A DNA stretch of 64,000 bases from Solidesulfovibrio aerotolerans (GTDB taxonomy: Bacteria > Desulfobacterota > Desulfovibrionia > Desulfovibrionales > Desulfovibrionaceae): positions 67,499 through 131,498 of the forward strand of contig NZ_WVUD01000008.1 in assembly GCF_009856865.1 (NCBI RefSeq). Reading direction: 5' to 3'. The notes below the pieces were generated by a model. The model had not been told where the DNA came from, made no database searches, and was given only the letters and a program-made list of their open reading frames with translations. Both the position numbers and the translations under genes were made by a program. Shown here piece by piece: positions 26,171 to 36,273 of the stretch; position 1 is the first letter of the stretch; each line of letters begins with the position of its first letter.

Positions 26171-26399
26171 GGCACCCGTTTATCGGTTTTTCAATGGATA
26201 CGCCAGACCAGCCCCGAGGCGCAGTGCGTCGGCGGGGTTTCGCCGCCAATCAATTTGCAGAACTTCTCCAATTGAGGGGGCGGGGGTGTCTCCACAGCCG
26301 CCGGGGCAATGGTGGTTCCCGTCAAGCTTGCCGTGCGGCATTGCCCACCCGACAAAAGTGTATTCTCCGCCCCACCCACCGTCGCGGCAACGCCGTCCC

Positions 26400-26500
26400 C
26401 CACGTAACCCCTTGCCTTCCAGGAGGGATTCCAAAGGGGCCACCCCTTTGGCCGCCGGAGGCCTCTTCTGTCTTTTCTTCGCGTCCGTTTTTCCGCTCTC
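26400..26500. repeat. Degenerate solo arm of the palindromic repeat family seen at 14023-14354
   Basis: GGCCGCCGGAGGCCTCTTCTGTCTTTTCTTC matches the copy A right end GGCCGCCGGAGGCATCTTCTGCCTTCCCTTC. The hairpin CCAAAGGGGCCACCCCTTTGG lies upstream. Confidence 0.45.
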
Positions 26501-26501
26501 G

Positions 26502-27839
26502 CTACAGCGAGCAGAACACCGTCGGGTCTTCGCTAAAGGGCGTCACTTCGTGCTGGCCGGTGGATTCGAGCACCGAGCGCCAGTAATCCGAGGTGATGTT
26601 GAGTTTTTTGCGCTTAAGCGTCACGAGATCCAGCGGCAGATGGACGTAGCGGTCGAAAAGGCGCGACACCACCATGCCGGTCTTGCCGGCCATGGCGGCG
26701 TGGACGGCGTTTTGGCCGAGGAAACCGCAGTAGACCCGGTCGTTGGCGTTGGCCGGCACCGAGCGGATGATGTAGCTGGGGTCGATAAATTTCAGCGTGA
26801 GCGGCATGTCGCGCTCGCGGAAATAGTCTTCGATTTCGCCGCACAGGAACTGGGCGATATCGCCCAGCACCGGATTGCCCGAGGCGTCGCGGGCACCGGT
26901 GTCCGGCAAAAGGCTTTGCCCGGCACCCTCGGCAACCACAATGACGGCGTGTTTGCGGGATTTAAGCCGCGTCTCCAGTGACGGGAGCAGCCCGTGGGGA
27001 CCGGTCAGGGAAAAGGAGCATTCCGGCACCAGGACGTAGTTGACTTCTTTAAGGGCCAAGGTGGCCTGGGCGGCAATAAACCCGGATTCCCGGCCCATGA
27101 CCTTGACCAGGCCCACGCCGTTAAGCGCGCCGATGGCCTCGGTATGGGCGCAGCGGATGGCCTCGGTGGCCTTTTCCACGGCGGTGTCGAAGCCAAACGA
27201 CTTGGTGACCAGATTCACATCGTTGTCGATGGTTTTGGGCACGCCGATGACGCTTATTTTCGAGCGCCTGCGGGCAATTTCCTCCTGGATGCGCCGGGCG
27301 GCCTTCATGGTGCCGTCGCCGCCGACGACAAAGAGGATGCCGACGTTTAAGCGCTCCAGGGAATCGACGATGTCCTCGGGGCGCTGGGGGCCACGGCTGG
27401 AGCCGAGCACCGTGCCGCCGAACTGGTGGATGTCGGATACGGCCTCGGAAGTCAGGTCCACCGGGGCATGGCCGTAGGACTCGATAAAGCCTTGCAGCCC
27501 GAACCGGATGCCGAGCACGCCGGCCACATTGTAGTTGTGGCGGCACTCCATGACGATGGCCCGGATGACGTCGTTTAAGCCCGGACACAGCCCGCCGCAG
27601 GTGACGATGGCCACCTTGACCTTGGACGAGTCGAAATAGATCTTGCCGCGTGGTCCGGCCAGTTCGAAATCGGCCCGGCACGGACCGGTCCCGGGGCCGA
27701 AATCGCTGGCATCAAGCTCCATGGTGACCCGGTCCGCATCGTCGGTAAACCGGCAATAGGGCAGCGGGGAGGGGATCTTGGCCGGCCCCAGCGTGGCAAT
27801 GGCGGTCTCGGCCGGGGAGACAGGACAACGGTCTTGCAT
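26502..27839 (-). CDS. pfkA: 6-phosphofructokinase (long PfkA-family form)
   Basis: IVTCGGLCPGLNDVIRAIV, VVGGDGTMKAARRI and GVPKTIDNDV are PFK signature segments. AAGGAG RBS. ATP versus PPi specificity is not resolved. Confidence 0.85.
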   Translation of the reverse strand: MQDRCPVSPAETAIATLGPAKIPSPLPYCRFTDDADRVTMELDASDFGPGTGPCRADFELAGPRGKIYFDSSKVKVAIVTCGGLCPGLNDVIRAIVMECRHNYNVAGVLGIRFGLQGFIESYGHAPVDLTSEAVSDIHQFGGTVLGSSRGPQRPEDIVDSLERLNVGILFVVGGDGTMKAARRIQEEIARRRSKISVIGVPKTIDNDVNLVTKSFGFDTAVEKATEAIRCAHTEAIGALNGVGLVKVMGRESGFIAAQATLALKEVNYVLVPECSFSLTGPHGLLPSLETRLKSRKHAVIVVAEGAGQSLLPDTGARDASGNPVLGDIAQFLCGEIEDYFRERDMPLTLKFIDPSYIIRSVPANANDRVYCGFLGQNAVHAAMAGKTGMVVSRLFDRYVHLPLDLVTLKRKKLNITSDYWRSVLESTGQHEVTPFSEDPTVFCSL

Positions 27840-28002
27840 GGCGTGCTCCTTAAGGCCCGCAAACTACCAGTTTGCGCCCCCGGCAGCAACACGACCCGGC
27901 GACAATCCGGCGAAATCGCGTCCGCGCGTCGTTTTCACAAAAGCGCAGACTGCCAGCATGGTCGTCCTCCGCAACCCCTGACGGACATTTCAGGCCGCGT
28001 CG

Positions 28003-28365
28003 CTAGTCCCAACGCACCTTGACTTCCGAGGAGTCACCGCGCCCGGAAATGACCACCTTGCCGGCGCTGCCAAGGGTCAGGCTCTGCCCCGGGGTCAGCA
28101 CCGTGTCGCGCCCGTCGCCGGTGGCCGTCACCCAAACCGCGCCCTTGGCGCAGACCACCCGGCAGGTGCGCACGCCGGTGAGCGCCAGATACTTGCCCTG
28201 GCCAAGACGGAAATAGAGGCTTTTGCCCGGCGTAAAAAGCTTGGCCCCGGCCTTGGCCGCCAGCCGCATAAAGCGGTTGTCGCGCCAACGGCCAAGCCAC
28301 TCGTCGATGATCCCCGGCCGCGCGGCGTCAAGCGCCCTGTCTTCCCGCATACGATCTGCAAACAT
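28003..28365 (-). CDS. DUF2917-like small protein
   Basis: 120 aa, MFADRMREDRALDAARPGIIDEWLGRW... AAGGGGG RBS. Divergent from the MocR gene. Confidence 0.5.
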   Translation of the reverse strand: MFADRMREDRALDAARPGIIDEWLGRWRDNRFMRLAAKAGAKLFTPGKSLYFRLGQGKYLALTGVRTCRVVCAKGAVWVTATGDGRDTVLTPGQSLTLGSAGKVVISGRGDSSEVKVRWD

Positions 28366-28565
28366 GGTTGCCCCCTTTCGCTTGCCCGGTGGCAACGGCC
28401 CCCGGCTTGCTTCCCTTGGACCATATTTGCTGTTACCATCACAGATACAGTTTTTAAAAAAAACGTGCATAACAGATTCGTCCCGACAAGACACCCGCCG
28501 GCTACCCGGGCCGGTTGCCGCCACCCGGGACAGCCGAACCGCCAGGCCGTTGCCAAGGAGACGCC

Positions 28566-30038
28566 ATGACCCAGCCACTGCCGCAAGCCGCTGCCGGCGT
28601 TTTTCGCTATGTGACCGTGGAAAAACACATTCTCGAACTGATCGAGTCCGGGGAGCTGGCGGCCGGGGAACGCATCCCGTCGCTGCGGGTGCTGGGGAAC
28701 CGGCTTGGGGTCAGCGTCACCACGGTCAATCAGGCCTATTTGGAGTTGGAACGGCGCGGCGTGGTGGAGGCCCGGCCCAAGTCGGGATTTTTTGTGCGCC
28801 ACGCACCCCCCCGCCGGCCGGCCCCCCAGGGGGCGAGCCAGCCGGCCAAGGCCCCGGCCGCCGTGGCCCGGGGGGCGCTGATCCGGGAGGTGCTCGACGG
28901 CATGGGCCGACGCGATATCGTGCCCTTGGGCGTGGCCCGCACCGACGAGGCGCTGTTGCCTGTCAAGCAGTTGGCCCGCCTGCTGGCCAAGGTGGCGGCC
29001 GGGGACGACCGGGTGACGTCGTATGAAGGGGTGTGCGGCAATCTGGAGTTTCGCCGCCAGATCGCCTGGCGATTGGCCGAGGCCGGCATCGAGGCCGGCC
29101 CGGAGGACGTGATGATCACCGGCGGGGCCATGGAGGCGCTGTATCTGGCCCTGCGCTCGGTGACCCGCCCTGGGGACAATGTGGCCATCCCGGCCCCGAC
29201 ATATTATTGTTTTCTGCAACTGCTGGAAAATCTCGGGCTGCGGGCGGTGGAGCTGCCGTCCTTCCCGGACGGCGGGGTGCGCCCGGTCGATCTGCGCGCG
29301 GCGCTGGACCGCTTTGATCTGCGCGCGGTGATCCTCACGCCCAATTTCAACAACCCCGACGGTTCGCTTATTCCCGACGCGGCCAAGGCCGAGATGGCGG
29401 CGCTTCTGGCCGAGCGCGGCGTGCCGGTCATCGAGGACGACGTGTACGGCGACTTGCACTTTTCCGAGCGCCGGCCGCGCTGCCTGCGTTCTTTTGACGC
29501 CAGCGGCAACGTGCTGCACTGTTCGTCGTTTTCCAAGACCCTGGCCCCGGGCTTTCGCCTGGGCTACATGCTGCCCGGCCGCCATGCCGCCCGGGCCTTT
29601 GAGATCAAAGCCACCACCAACGTCTGCTGCGCCACCCCCACCCAGATTGCCGGGGCCATGTATCTGGCCCAGGGCGTTTTCGAGCGCCATCTGCGAAAGA
29701 CCCGGGCCGTATTGGAACGCCAAGCCCGCATGACCGAGGAACGCGTGCTGCGCCATTTCCCCGAGGGCACGCGGGTCACCCATCCCGGCGGCGGCTCCGT
29801 GGTCTGGGTGCAGATGCCGGATTGCGTGGATTCCATCGCCCTTTTTTACGAAGCCAAGGCCCTTGGCATCGGCGTGGCCCCGGGCAACATTTTTTCCAGT
29901 TGCGACCAATTCAAGCATTTTTTGCGCTTAAGCTACGGCCACGCCTGGACGCCGGCCGTGGAGCAGGCTCTGGCCACCCTGGGACGCCTGGCCCACGAAC
30001 TGGCCGCGCGGGGTACGACGCTGGAATTGGTGCCGTAA
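28566..30038 (+). CDS. MocR/GabR-family regulator (GntR HTH fused to aminotransferase class I/II domain)
   Basis: N-terminus EKHILELIESGELAAGERIPSLRVLGNRLGVSVTTVNQAYLELERRG is the GntR wHTH. A PLP-fold region follows (SFSKTLAPGFRLGY). AAGGAG RBS. Confidence 0.8.
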   Translation: MTQPLPQAAAGVFRYVTVEKHILELIESGELAAGERIPSLRVLGNRLGVSVTTVNQAYLELERRGVVEARPKSGFFVRHAPPRRPAPQGASQPAKAPAAVARGALIREVLDGMGRRDIVPLGVARTDEALLPVKQLARLLAKVAAGDDRVTSYEGVCGNLEFRRQIAWRLAEAGIEAGPEDVMITGGAMEALYLALRSVTRPGDNVAIPAPTYYCFLQLLENLGLRAVELPSFPDGGVRPVDLRAALDRFDLRAVILTPNFNNPDGSLIPDAAKAEMAALLAERGVPVIEDDVYGDLHFSERRPRCLRSFDASGNVLHCSSFSKTLAPGFRLGYMLPGRHAARAFEIKATTNVCCATPTQIAGAMYLAQGVFERHLRKTRAVLERQARMTEERVLRHFPEGTRVTHPGGGSVVWVQMPDCVDSIALFYEAKALGIGVAPGNIFSSCDQFKHFLRLSYGHAWTPAVEQALATLGRLAHELAARGTTLELVP

Positions 30039-30162
30039 CGGTTGGGCGGCAGTATCGGATTGTCGCAGAAATCCCGGTGCCAGGGCGTTGGTTTTTTCCG
30101 GCAAGGCTGGTAGCCTGTGCTGGAGAGATTGCGGGCCGGATCGGCCCCAAGGGAGCTGGCCG

Positions 30163-30477
30163 ATGCAGTTCACATGCAACCAGGCGGATCAGGCTCTGGT
30201 CGTTTGCCTGTCGGGCGAGATCATTATGGACGCCGTGTCTGAGCGCAAGGCCGAGGTCGAACGTCTGGCCCGGGCGGCTCCCGGAGCAAACGTCGTGGTC
30301 GATCTGGCCGGGGTGACCTTCATGGACAGTTCGGGCGTGGGGTTTCTCATCGGCCTTCGCCGGCTGTGCCAGGAGCAGGGCAAGACCATGACCGTGGCCA
30401 ACCCGTCGCCCCCCATCAAAAAACTCCTGGATATGCTGCGGCTGACCGACTATTTCGCCGCCCCGGCCCCAATCTGA
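30163..30477 (+). CDS. STAS-domain anti-sigma-factor antagonist
   Basis: VVDLAGVTFMDSSGVGFLIGLRR is the SpoIIAA-like motif with a phosphorylatable Ser. AAGGGAG RBS. The stop overlaps the next start (TGATG). Confidence 0.75.
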   Translation: MQFTCNQADQALVVCLSGEIIMDAVSERKAEVERLARAAPGANVVVDLAGVTFMDSSGVGFLIGLRRLCQEQGKTMTVANPSPPIKKLLDMLRLTDYFAAPAPI

Positions 30478-32042
30478 TGCCCGTCATGCGCATCGCCATC
30501 ATCGATGATTCCGAAACGTTTCGGGCCTTTCTCTTCAGCCTGCTGGTGGGCTGCGGCGATATGGAAGTCCACGCGTCGGCCGAGGACTTTTTAGCCGATC
30601 TGGATGCCGGCACCGCGCCGCCGGATCTCGTGCTCATGGACCTCATCATGCCCGGCATGAGCGGTCTTGCCGCTATCAAGCGCCTCAAGGCCAACCCGGC
30701 CCTGGCCGATGTGCCGGTCATCGTCGTCACGGTGTCCGACGCCGCCGCCGATCTGGCCGAAGCCTTTGCCGCCGGGGCCATGGACTATATCAAGAAGCCG
30801 CCCTGCCGGCCCGAGTTGCTGGCCCGGGTGGATTCGGCGCTACGGCTCAAACGGGCTATCGACGAACGCAAGGCCCGGGAACGGGAGCTTAAGGCCGAGA
30901 AGGAATACATCGCCGCCATCTTGGAATACTCCCATGACGGCATTGCCGTGGCCGGCCGCAGCGGCCGTTTCACCTTCGTCTCCCCCGGCATGGAGCGCAT
31001 TTTCGGCCTGCCCGCCGACACCTACTCCACCTCCGACCGCTGGCTGGATATCATTTTCCCCAACGAGGCCGCCCGGGACGATCTCACCGATATTTTCGTC
31101 TCCCGTCCGGCCCCGGGCCATGTCTGGCGACGGCTCTACCCCTTTGTCGACAAGAACGGACAGGCGCGTATCTGCCAGATCCATTTTTCCACCATGCCCA
31201 GTGGCGATCTGATCTTAAATATCCAGGACATGACCCTTTTCGAGAAGCAGAAGGAAGATCTGGTCAAAAAGCACACCCGCCACCAGAAAGACCTGGACGC
31301 GGCTGCCGAGATCCAGCAGAGCTTGCTCCCCCGGCGCTTCACCATGTCCGATTCGCTGCGCTTTGCCTGGGAGTTTCTGCCCTGCGACAACATCGGCGGC
31401 GACATCTTCAATGTCTTCCCGCTGGGGCCAAACCATGTGGGCCTGTACATGCTTGATGTGTCCGGGCATGGCGTGGCCTCGTCGCTGGTGGCCCACTCGG
31501 TCTACAACTTCATGCACTACCAGCGCTCGACACTCATCGACCGCTCGGACGGCCACATCGACGTGGTGCCGCCGGAAGTGGTGCTGGAACGGCTCAATGA
31601 CGAATTTCCGTTCACCAAGTTCCAGAAGTTTTTTACGATCTTTTTCATGACCATCGATCTGCGCACCGGCTACGCCCGCTACGGCAATGCCGGGCATCCC
31701 GCGCCTCAGCATATTACCGCCGCCGGCGTTGTCACGCCGCTGCCCATGCGCGGCACCATCATCGGACTCACCGGCCTTGGCCCGGTGCCGCCCGGGGAGC
31801 TGACCCTGGCCCCGGGGGATAAGATCCTGTCGCTCAGCGACGGTCTGGCCGACAGCCGCAACGCGGCCGGCGAATATTTCGGCGAGGAGCGCATCGATGC
31901 GGTCCTGGCCAACCAGGCCACGGCCCCGGTGGGCGAACTGCTGGCGGCCCTGCGCCAGGCGGCCTGGGAATTTTGCCAGGCCGCCCCGCCCCGCGACGAT
32001 GTCAGCATGCTCGGGGTGGAATTCGTGCGGCCAAAAGGGTAG
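30477..32042 (+). CDS. Response regulator with receiver, PAS and PP2C (SpoIIE/RsbU-type) phosphatase domains
   Basis: Receiver: RIAIIDDSE...DLVLMDLIMPGMSG...DYIKKP. PAS: EYIAAILEYSHDGIAVA. PP2C: GGDIFNV...YMLDVSGHGVASS...DGLADS. Confidence 0.8.
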   Translation: MPVMRIAIIDDSETFRAFLFSLLVGCGDMEVHASAEDFLADLDAGTAPPDLVLMDLIMPGMSGLAAIKRLKANPALADVPVIVVTVSDAAADLAEAFAAGAMDYIKKPPCRPELLARVDSALRLKRAIDERKARERELKAEKEYIAAILEYSHDGIAVAGRSGRFTFVSPGMERIFGLPADTYSTSDRWLDIIFPNEAARDDLTDIFVSRPAPGHVWRRLYPFVDKNGQARICQIHFSTMPSGDLILNIQDMTLFEKQKEDLVKKHTRHQKDLDAAAEIQQSLLPRRFTMSDSLRFAWEFLPCDNIGGDIFNVFPLGPNHVGLYMLDVSGHGVASSLVAHSVYNFMHYQRSTLIDRSDGHIDVVPPEVVLERLNDEFPFTKFQKFFTIFFMTIDLRTGYARYGNAGHPAPQHITAAGVVTPLPMRGTIIGLTGLGPVPPGELTLAPGDKILSLSDGLADSRNAAGEYFGEERIDAVLANQATAPVGELLAALRQAAWEFCQAAPPRDDVSMLGVEFVRPKG

Positions 32043-32196
32043 GCACTCTTTCTCCGGCGGGGCCACCCTCCAACCTCCGCCTCGCTGCCGGCACCGGCCG
32101 CCAGGGACAAGACGCATCCAGGCTCCCCGCAACGCCCCAACCCGGCCGCAATCGGCCGCAACTCCCCACAACCACCCGCAACCACCCGACGTACCC

Positions 32197-33111
32197 ATGC
32201 CCTTTACCGTCTACCATGCCCCGCCCGGACTGTTGCCTGAACTGACCCGCGAACTCGGCAGCGCCGTCACCGCCGTGCGCGATCCTCTGGTCGTGGCCCA
32301 AGGGCCGCCCCGCGAGTGCGCCTTTGCCGCCAACATCTGGACCGAACCGGCCTTTATCCCCGTGGATTCCATTGGCGACGCGGCCAAAAAACTGACAGCC
32401 CTGGGGCGCAACTGGTCGCTGGTGCCTTCGGGGCATTTCCGCCGGGCGGCGCTTCTGGCCGAAAAGCTGCCCCGGCCCCCGGCCAGACCGCTGGTTTTTG
32501 GGAAGGCGCTGCCGCGCGCGCCCCTGGGGGCGTTTACGCTGTGGGAGGACAATGTGCTGCTGGCCTCGCCGGGCACCAGCCAGCCCGTAGCGGACGGCGT
32601 CTACCATTTCAACGAAGACCGGATAGGCCCGCCGAGCCGGGCCTATCTCAAGCTGTGGGAGCTTTTTACCCGCCTGGGCGTTCAGCCCGCCCCGGGCGAA
32701 CTGTGCCTGGACATGGGCGGCAGTCCCGGGGGCTGGGCCTTTGTGCTGGCCGGACTCGGCGCCCGGGTCTTTTGCATCGACAAGGCGCCGCTGGCCCCAA
32801 ACGTGGACAAAAATCCGCTGGTGACCTGGTGTCCGGGCAGCGCCTTTGGCCTGGACCCCCGCCATGCCGGGGCCGTGGATTGGTTTTTTTCCGACGTGAT
32901 CTGCTATCCCGAGCGCTTGTATGCGTGGCTGATCCGCTGGCTGGAGCTTGGCCAGTGCCGGCGCTTCGTGCTGACGGTCAAGCTGCAGGGCGAGACGGAT
33001 TTCGCCCTGCTGGACCGCTTCCGGGCCATCCCCGGCAGCCGGCTTCTGCATTTAAGCAACAACAAGCACGAATTGACCTTTGTCAGGCTTGAAACCGGGG
33101 AGCCTGTTTAA
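32197..33111 (+). CDS. RlmM/FtsJ-like SAM-dependent rRNA methyltransferase
   Basis: SRAYLKLWELF...CLDMGGSPGGWAFVLAGLGARVFCIDKAPL resembles RlmM. The start at MPFTVYH lacks an obvious RBS. Confidence 0.5.
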   Translation: MPFTVYHAPPGLLPELTRELGSAVTAVRDPLVVAQGPPRECAFAANIWTEPAFIPVDSIGDAAKKLTALGRNWSLVPSGHFRRAALLAEKLPRPPARPLVFGKALPRAPLGAFTLWEDNVLLASPGTSQPVADGVYHFNEDRIGPPSRAYLKLWELFTRLGVQPAPGELCLDMGGSPGGWAFVLAGLGARVFCIDKAPLAPNVDKNPLVTWCPGSAFGLDPRHAGAVDWFFSDVICYPERLYAWLIRWLELGQCRRFVLTVKLQGETDFALLDRFRAIPGSRLLHLSNNKHELTFVRLETGEPV

Positions 33112-33153
33112 AGCGCGCGTTGTTGCCCGCCCGTGCCCTGCCCGGGCCGTGGG

Positions 33154-36100
33154 TCAGCTCCCGTCCGGCCGTGCCGCGTCGGCCGCCTTGCTGCGCTTGG
33201 GGCCGCGTCTGGTGAAGCGCCAGCGCAGCCGATCCAGATAAAGATAGATCACCGGCGTGGTAAAAAGCGTCATCAACTGGCTGATCACCAGCCCGCCGGC
33301 AATGGCGATGCCCAGCGGCCGGCGCAGCTCCCAGCCCGAACCATGGCCAAAGGCCAACGGCAACGCTCCCAACAAAGCGGCCAGGGTGGTCATCATGATG
33401 GGCCGAAACCGCTTGAGGCAGGCTTCGGTGATGGCCTCGCGCGGGGCAAGCCCCCGGGTGCGCTCGGCCTCCAGGGCGAAATCCACCATCATGATGCCGT
33501 TTTTCTTAACGATGCCAATGAGCAAAATGATGCCGATGACAGCGATGATGGACAGGTCCAGGCCAAAGACCCACAAGGCGGCCACGGCCCCAAGCCCGGC
33601 CGAGGGCAGGGTGGACAGGATGGTCAGGGGATGGATGGTGCTCTCATAAAGGACTCCCAGGACAATGTAGACGGCCAGCAGCGCGGCCAGCAGCAGATAG
33701 GGCTGGTTTTTAAGCGACTCGCCAAAGGCTTGCGCCGTGCCGGCATAGGTGGTGCGGATGGTTTTGGGCACACCCATGGCGGCCACGGCCGCGTCGATGG
33801 CTGCCGAGGCCTGGGACAGGGACACGCCCGGGGCCAGGTTAAACGAGATGGTGGCGGCCGGAAACTGGCCCTGGTGCTGCACGGAAAGCGGGGTTTGGGC
33901 CTCATGCACACTGGCCACGGTGGCCAGCGGAATCTGCTTGCCGTCAGTGCCCGGGACATAGATCTGGCGCAGCCCCTCGGGTGAGGACCAGATGCGCTTT
34001 TCGGTGTCGAGCACCACATGGTACTGGTTGACGTCGGCATAGGTCACCCCGGCCAGACTCTGGCCGAAGGCGTCGTAGAGGGCGGCATCGATGGCGGCCG
34101 TGGTCACGCCCAGGCGGGCGGCGGCGTCGCGGTCGATGACCACCGAGGTCATAATACCCTTGTCTTCCTGGTCGGCCACCACATCGGTAATGCCGGCAAC
34201 CGCGCGCAGCCGTTCTTCCACCCGGGGAGCCCAGGCGGAAAGCTCGCCGTAATCGTCGCCTAAAAGCGTAAACTGGTAGAGCGCCTTGCCCGCCCGGCCG
34301 CCCAGGCGCAGTTCCTGGGCCGGCATGAGAAAGGCTTGGGCTCCCGGGACGGCGGCGAGCGCCTTTCGCAGGCGTTGCAACGTCACGGCCAGGGGCGGGC
34401 GCGCAGACAGGGGCGCTAGCGTCACAAACATCTGGGCCGAGTTGACGCTGCCGCCGCGCGGGCCGCCGCCGCCGCCGGTAAAGCCCGTCACCGAGGCCAC
34501 GTCGGGATCGGCTTGTACGATCGCCACCACGCTTTCCATCTTGCCGGCCATGGAATCGAAGGAACTGTCCGAGGAGGTCTGGATAAATCCCATGAGCCGG
34601 CCGGTGTCCTGCTCCGGGAAAAAGCCCTTGGGGATGACAATGTAGAGCCAGACAACACCCACAAGCGCCCCGGCCGTGGCGGTCAGCATAAGCCGGGGAT
34701 GGGACAGGGCCACGGCCAGGGCGCGCTCGTAGCCCCGGGTCACGGCCTCAAAAAAACGGCGGCCAAGGCCCGGCCGGGAGGCCGCCTTTGGCCTGTGGGG
34801 GCGCAGCAGCACGGCGCACATCATGGGCGTGGCCGTCAGTGACAGCAAGAGTGACAGCATGATGGCGATGGACAAGACGGCGGCGAATTCCCGAAAAAGC
34901 CGTCCCACCATGCCGCCCATGAAAAAGATCGGAATAAAGACCGCCACCAGTGACACGCTCATGGACAGGACGGTAAAGCCCACCTCCCGCGAACCGGCTA
35001 TGGCGGCGTCACGGGGCGACTGCCCGGTTTCCAAGTGGCGCGAGACGTTTTCCAGGACCACGATGGCGTCGTCCACCACGAACCCGGTGGCAATGGTGAG
35101 CGCCATAAGCGACAGGTTGTCCAGGGAATAATCCAGCAGATACATGATGGCAAAGGTGCCCACCAGCGAGGCCACCGTGGCCACGGCCGGGATGACCATG
35201 GCCGAAAAGCTGCCGAGAAAGAGCCAGACCACGGCGATGACCAGCAGGCATGACAGGCCCAGCGTCGTCTCCACCTCGGACAGCGAGGCCCGGATGGGCG
35301 GACTGCGGTCCATCTCCACGGAAAGGGCCACATCGCCCGGGAGTGAGGCCTCCAGCTGGGGCATAAGGGCCCGGACATTGTCCACGGTCTCGATGATGTT
35401 GGCCCCGGGCTGGCGAAAGAGGATGACCATGACCGCCGGCGTGCTGCCGACCAGGCCGGCCGTACGCACGTCCTCCACGGAATCGGTAATGGCGGCCACG
35501 TCGGACAGGCGCACGGCCGCGCCGTTTTTATAGGACAGGATCAGCGACTGGTATTCCCGGGCAGTGTGGAGCTGGTCGTTGACCGCGATCTCGTAGGCGC
35601 TCCCGTCCCCTTCGATGCGCCCCTTGGGCCGGTTGACCGTGGTTTCGGTAATAAATTTGCGTACATCCTCCAGGCCAAGGCCATGCTGGGCCAGCTTGGC
35701 CGGATCGACGCTGACCCGCACCGCCGGCAAGGCCCCGCCGCCCACGAACACCTGCCCCACACCTTCGACCTGGGCCAGCTTTTGCTGGAGCACGGTAGCG
35801 GCCACGTCGTACATCTCGGCCCGGGAGATGGTGGCTGAAGTGAGCGCCAGAACCATGACCGGGGCGTCGGCCGGGTTCATTTTGCGGTAAGTGGGATTTT
35901 GCCGCAGGGTGGCCGGCAAAAAGCCGCGCGCCGCGTTGATGGCCGCCTGGACGTCGCGGGAGGCCCCGTTGATGTCGCGGGACAGCTCGAATTGCAGATT
36001 GATCTGGGTGGAACCCCGGCCACTGGACGAGGTCATTTCCGTCACCCCGGCGATGCGGGCGAACTGGCGCTCGAGCGGCGCGGCAACTGCAGTGGCCATG

Positions 36101-36273
36101 GTCGCGGGTTCGGCCCCGGGCAGTTGGGCCGAAACCGAGATGGTGGGGAAATCCACCTGCGGCAACGCGGCCGCCGGCAGGAGCCTGAAGGCAATGGCCC
36201 CGGCCAGCATCAGGGCCAGGGTCAAAAGGGCCGTGCCAACCGGGCGGCGAATGCAGATTTCGGGCAGATTCAT
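33154..36273 (-). CDS. RND multidrug efflux permease (MdtC-like)
   Basis: 1039 aa with the AcrB/MdtBC fold (MNLPEICIRRPVGTALLTLALMLAGAIAFRLLP...). The ATGA overlap with the upstream gene places it in a three-gene efflux operon. Confidence 0.85.
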   Translation of the reverse strand: MNLPEICIRRPVGTALLTLALMLAGAIAFRLLPAAALPQVDFPTISVSAQLPGAEPATMATAVAAPLERQFARIAGVTEMTSSSGRGSTQINLQFELSRDINGASRDVQAAINAARGFLPATLRQNPTYRKMNPADAPVMVLALTSATISRAEMYDVAATVLQQKLAQVEGVGQVFVGGGALPAVRVSVDPAKLAQHGLGLEDVRKFITETTVNRPKGRIEGDGSAYEIAVNDQLHTAREYQSLILSYKNGAAVRLSDVAAITDSVEDVRTAGLVGSTPAVMVILFRQPGANIIETVDNVRALMPQLEASLPGDVALSVEMDRSPPIRASLSEVETTLGLSCLLVIAVVWLFLGSFSAMVIPAVATVASLVGTFAIMYLLDYSLDNLSLMALTIATGFVVDDAIVVLENVSRHLETGQSPRDAAIAGSREVGFTVLSMSVSLVAVFIPIFFMGGMVGRLFREFAAVLSIAIMLSLLLSLTATPMMCAVLLRPHRPKAASRPGLGRRFFEAVTRGYERALAVALSHPRLMLTATAGALVGVVWLYIVIPKGFFPEQDTGRLMGFIQTSSDSSFDSMAGKMESVVAIVQADPDVASVTGFTGGGGGPRGGSVNSAQMFVTLAPLSARPPLAVTLQRLRKALAAVPGAQAFLMPAQELRLGGRAGKALYQFTLLGDDYGELSAWAPRVEERLRAVAGITDVVADQEDKGIMTSVVIDRDAAARLGVTTAAIDAALYDAFGQSLAGVTYADVNQYHVVLDTEKRIWSSPEGLRQIYVPGTDGKQIPLATVASVHEAQTPLSVQHQGQFPAATISFNLAPGVSLSQASAAIDAAVAAMGVPKTIRTTYAGTAQAFGESLKNQPYLLLAALLAVYIVLGVLYESTIHPLTILSTLPSAGLGAVAALWVFGLDLSIIAVIGIILLIGIVKKNGIMMVDFALEAERTRGLAPREAITEACLKRFRPIMMTTLAALLGALPLAFGHGSGWELRRPLGIAIAGGLVISQLMTLFTTPVIYLYLDRLRWRFTRRGPKRSKAADAARPDGS

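Noticed and set aside
26180-26443. 87-aa minus-strand ORF with HHCPGGCG
   Set aside because: It overlaps the degenerate repeat arm and intergenic region. No RBS. Probably a repeat-sequence artefact.
31215-32198. 327-aa minus-strand ORF
   Set aside because: Antisense to the well-supported response regulator/PP2C gene.
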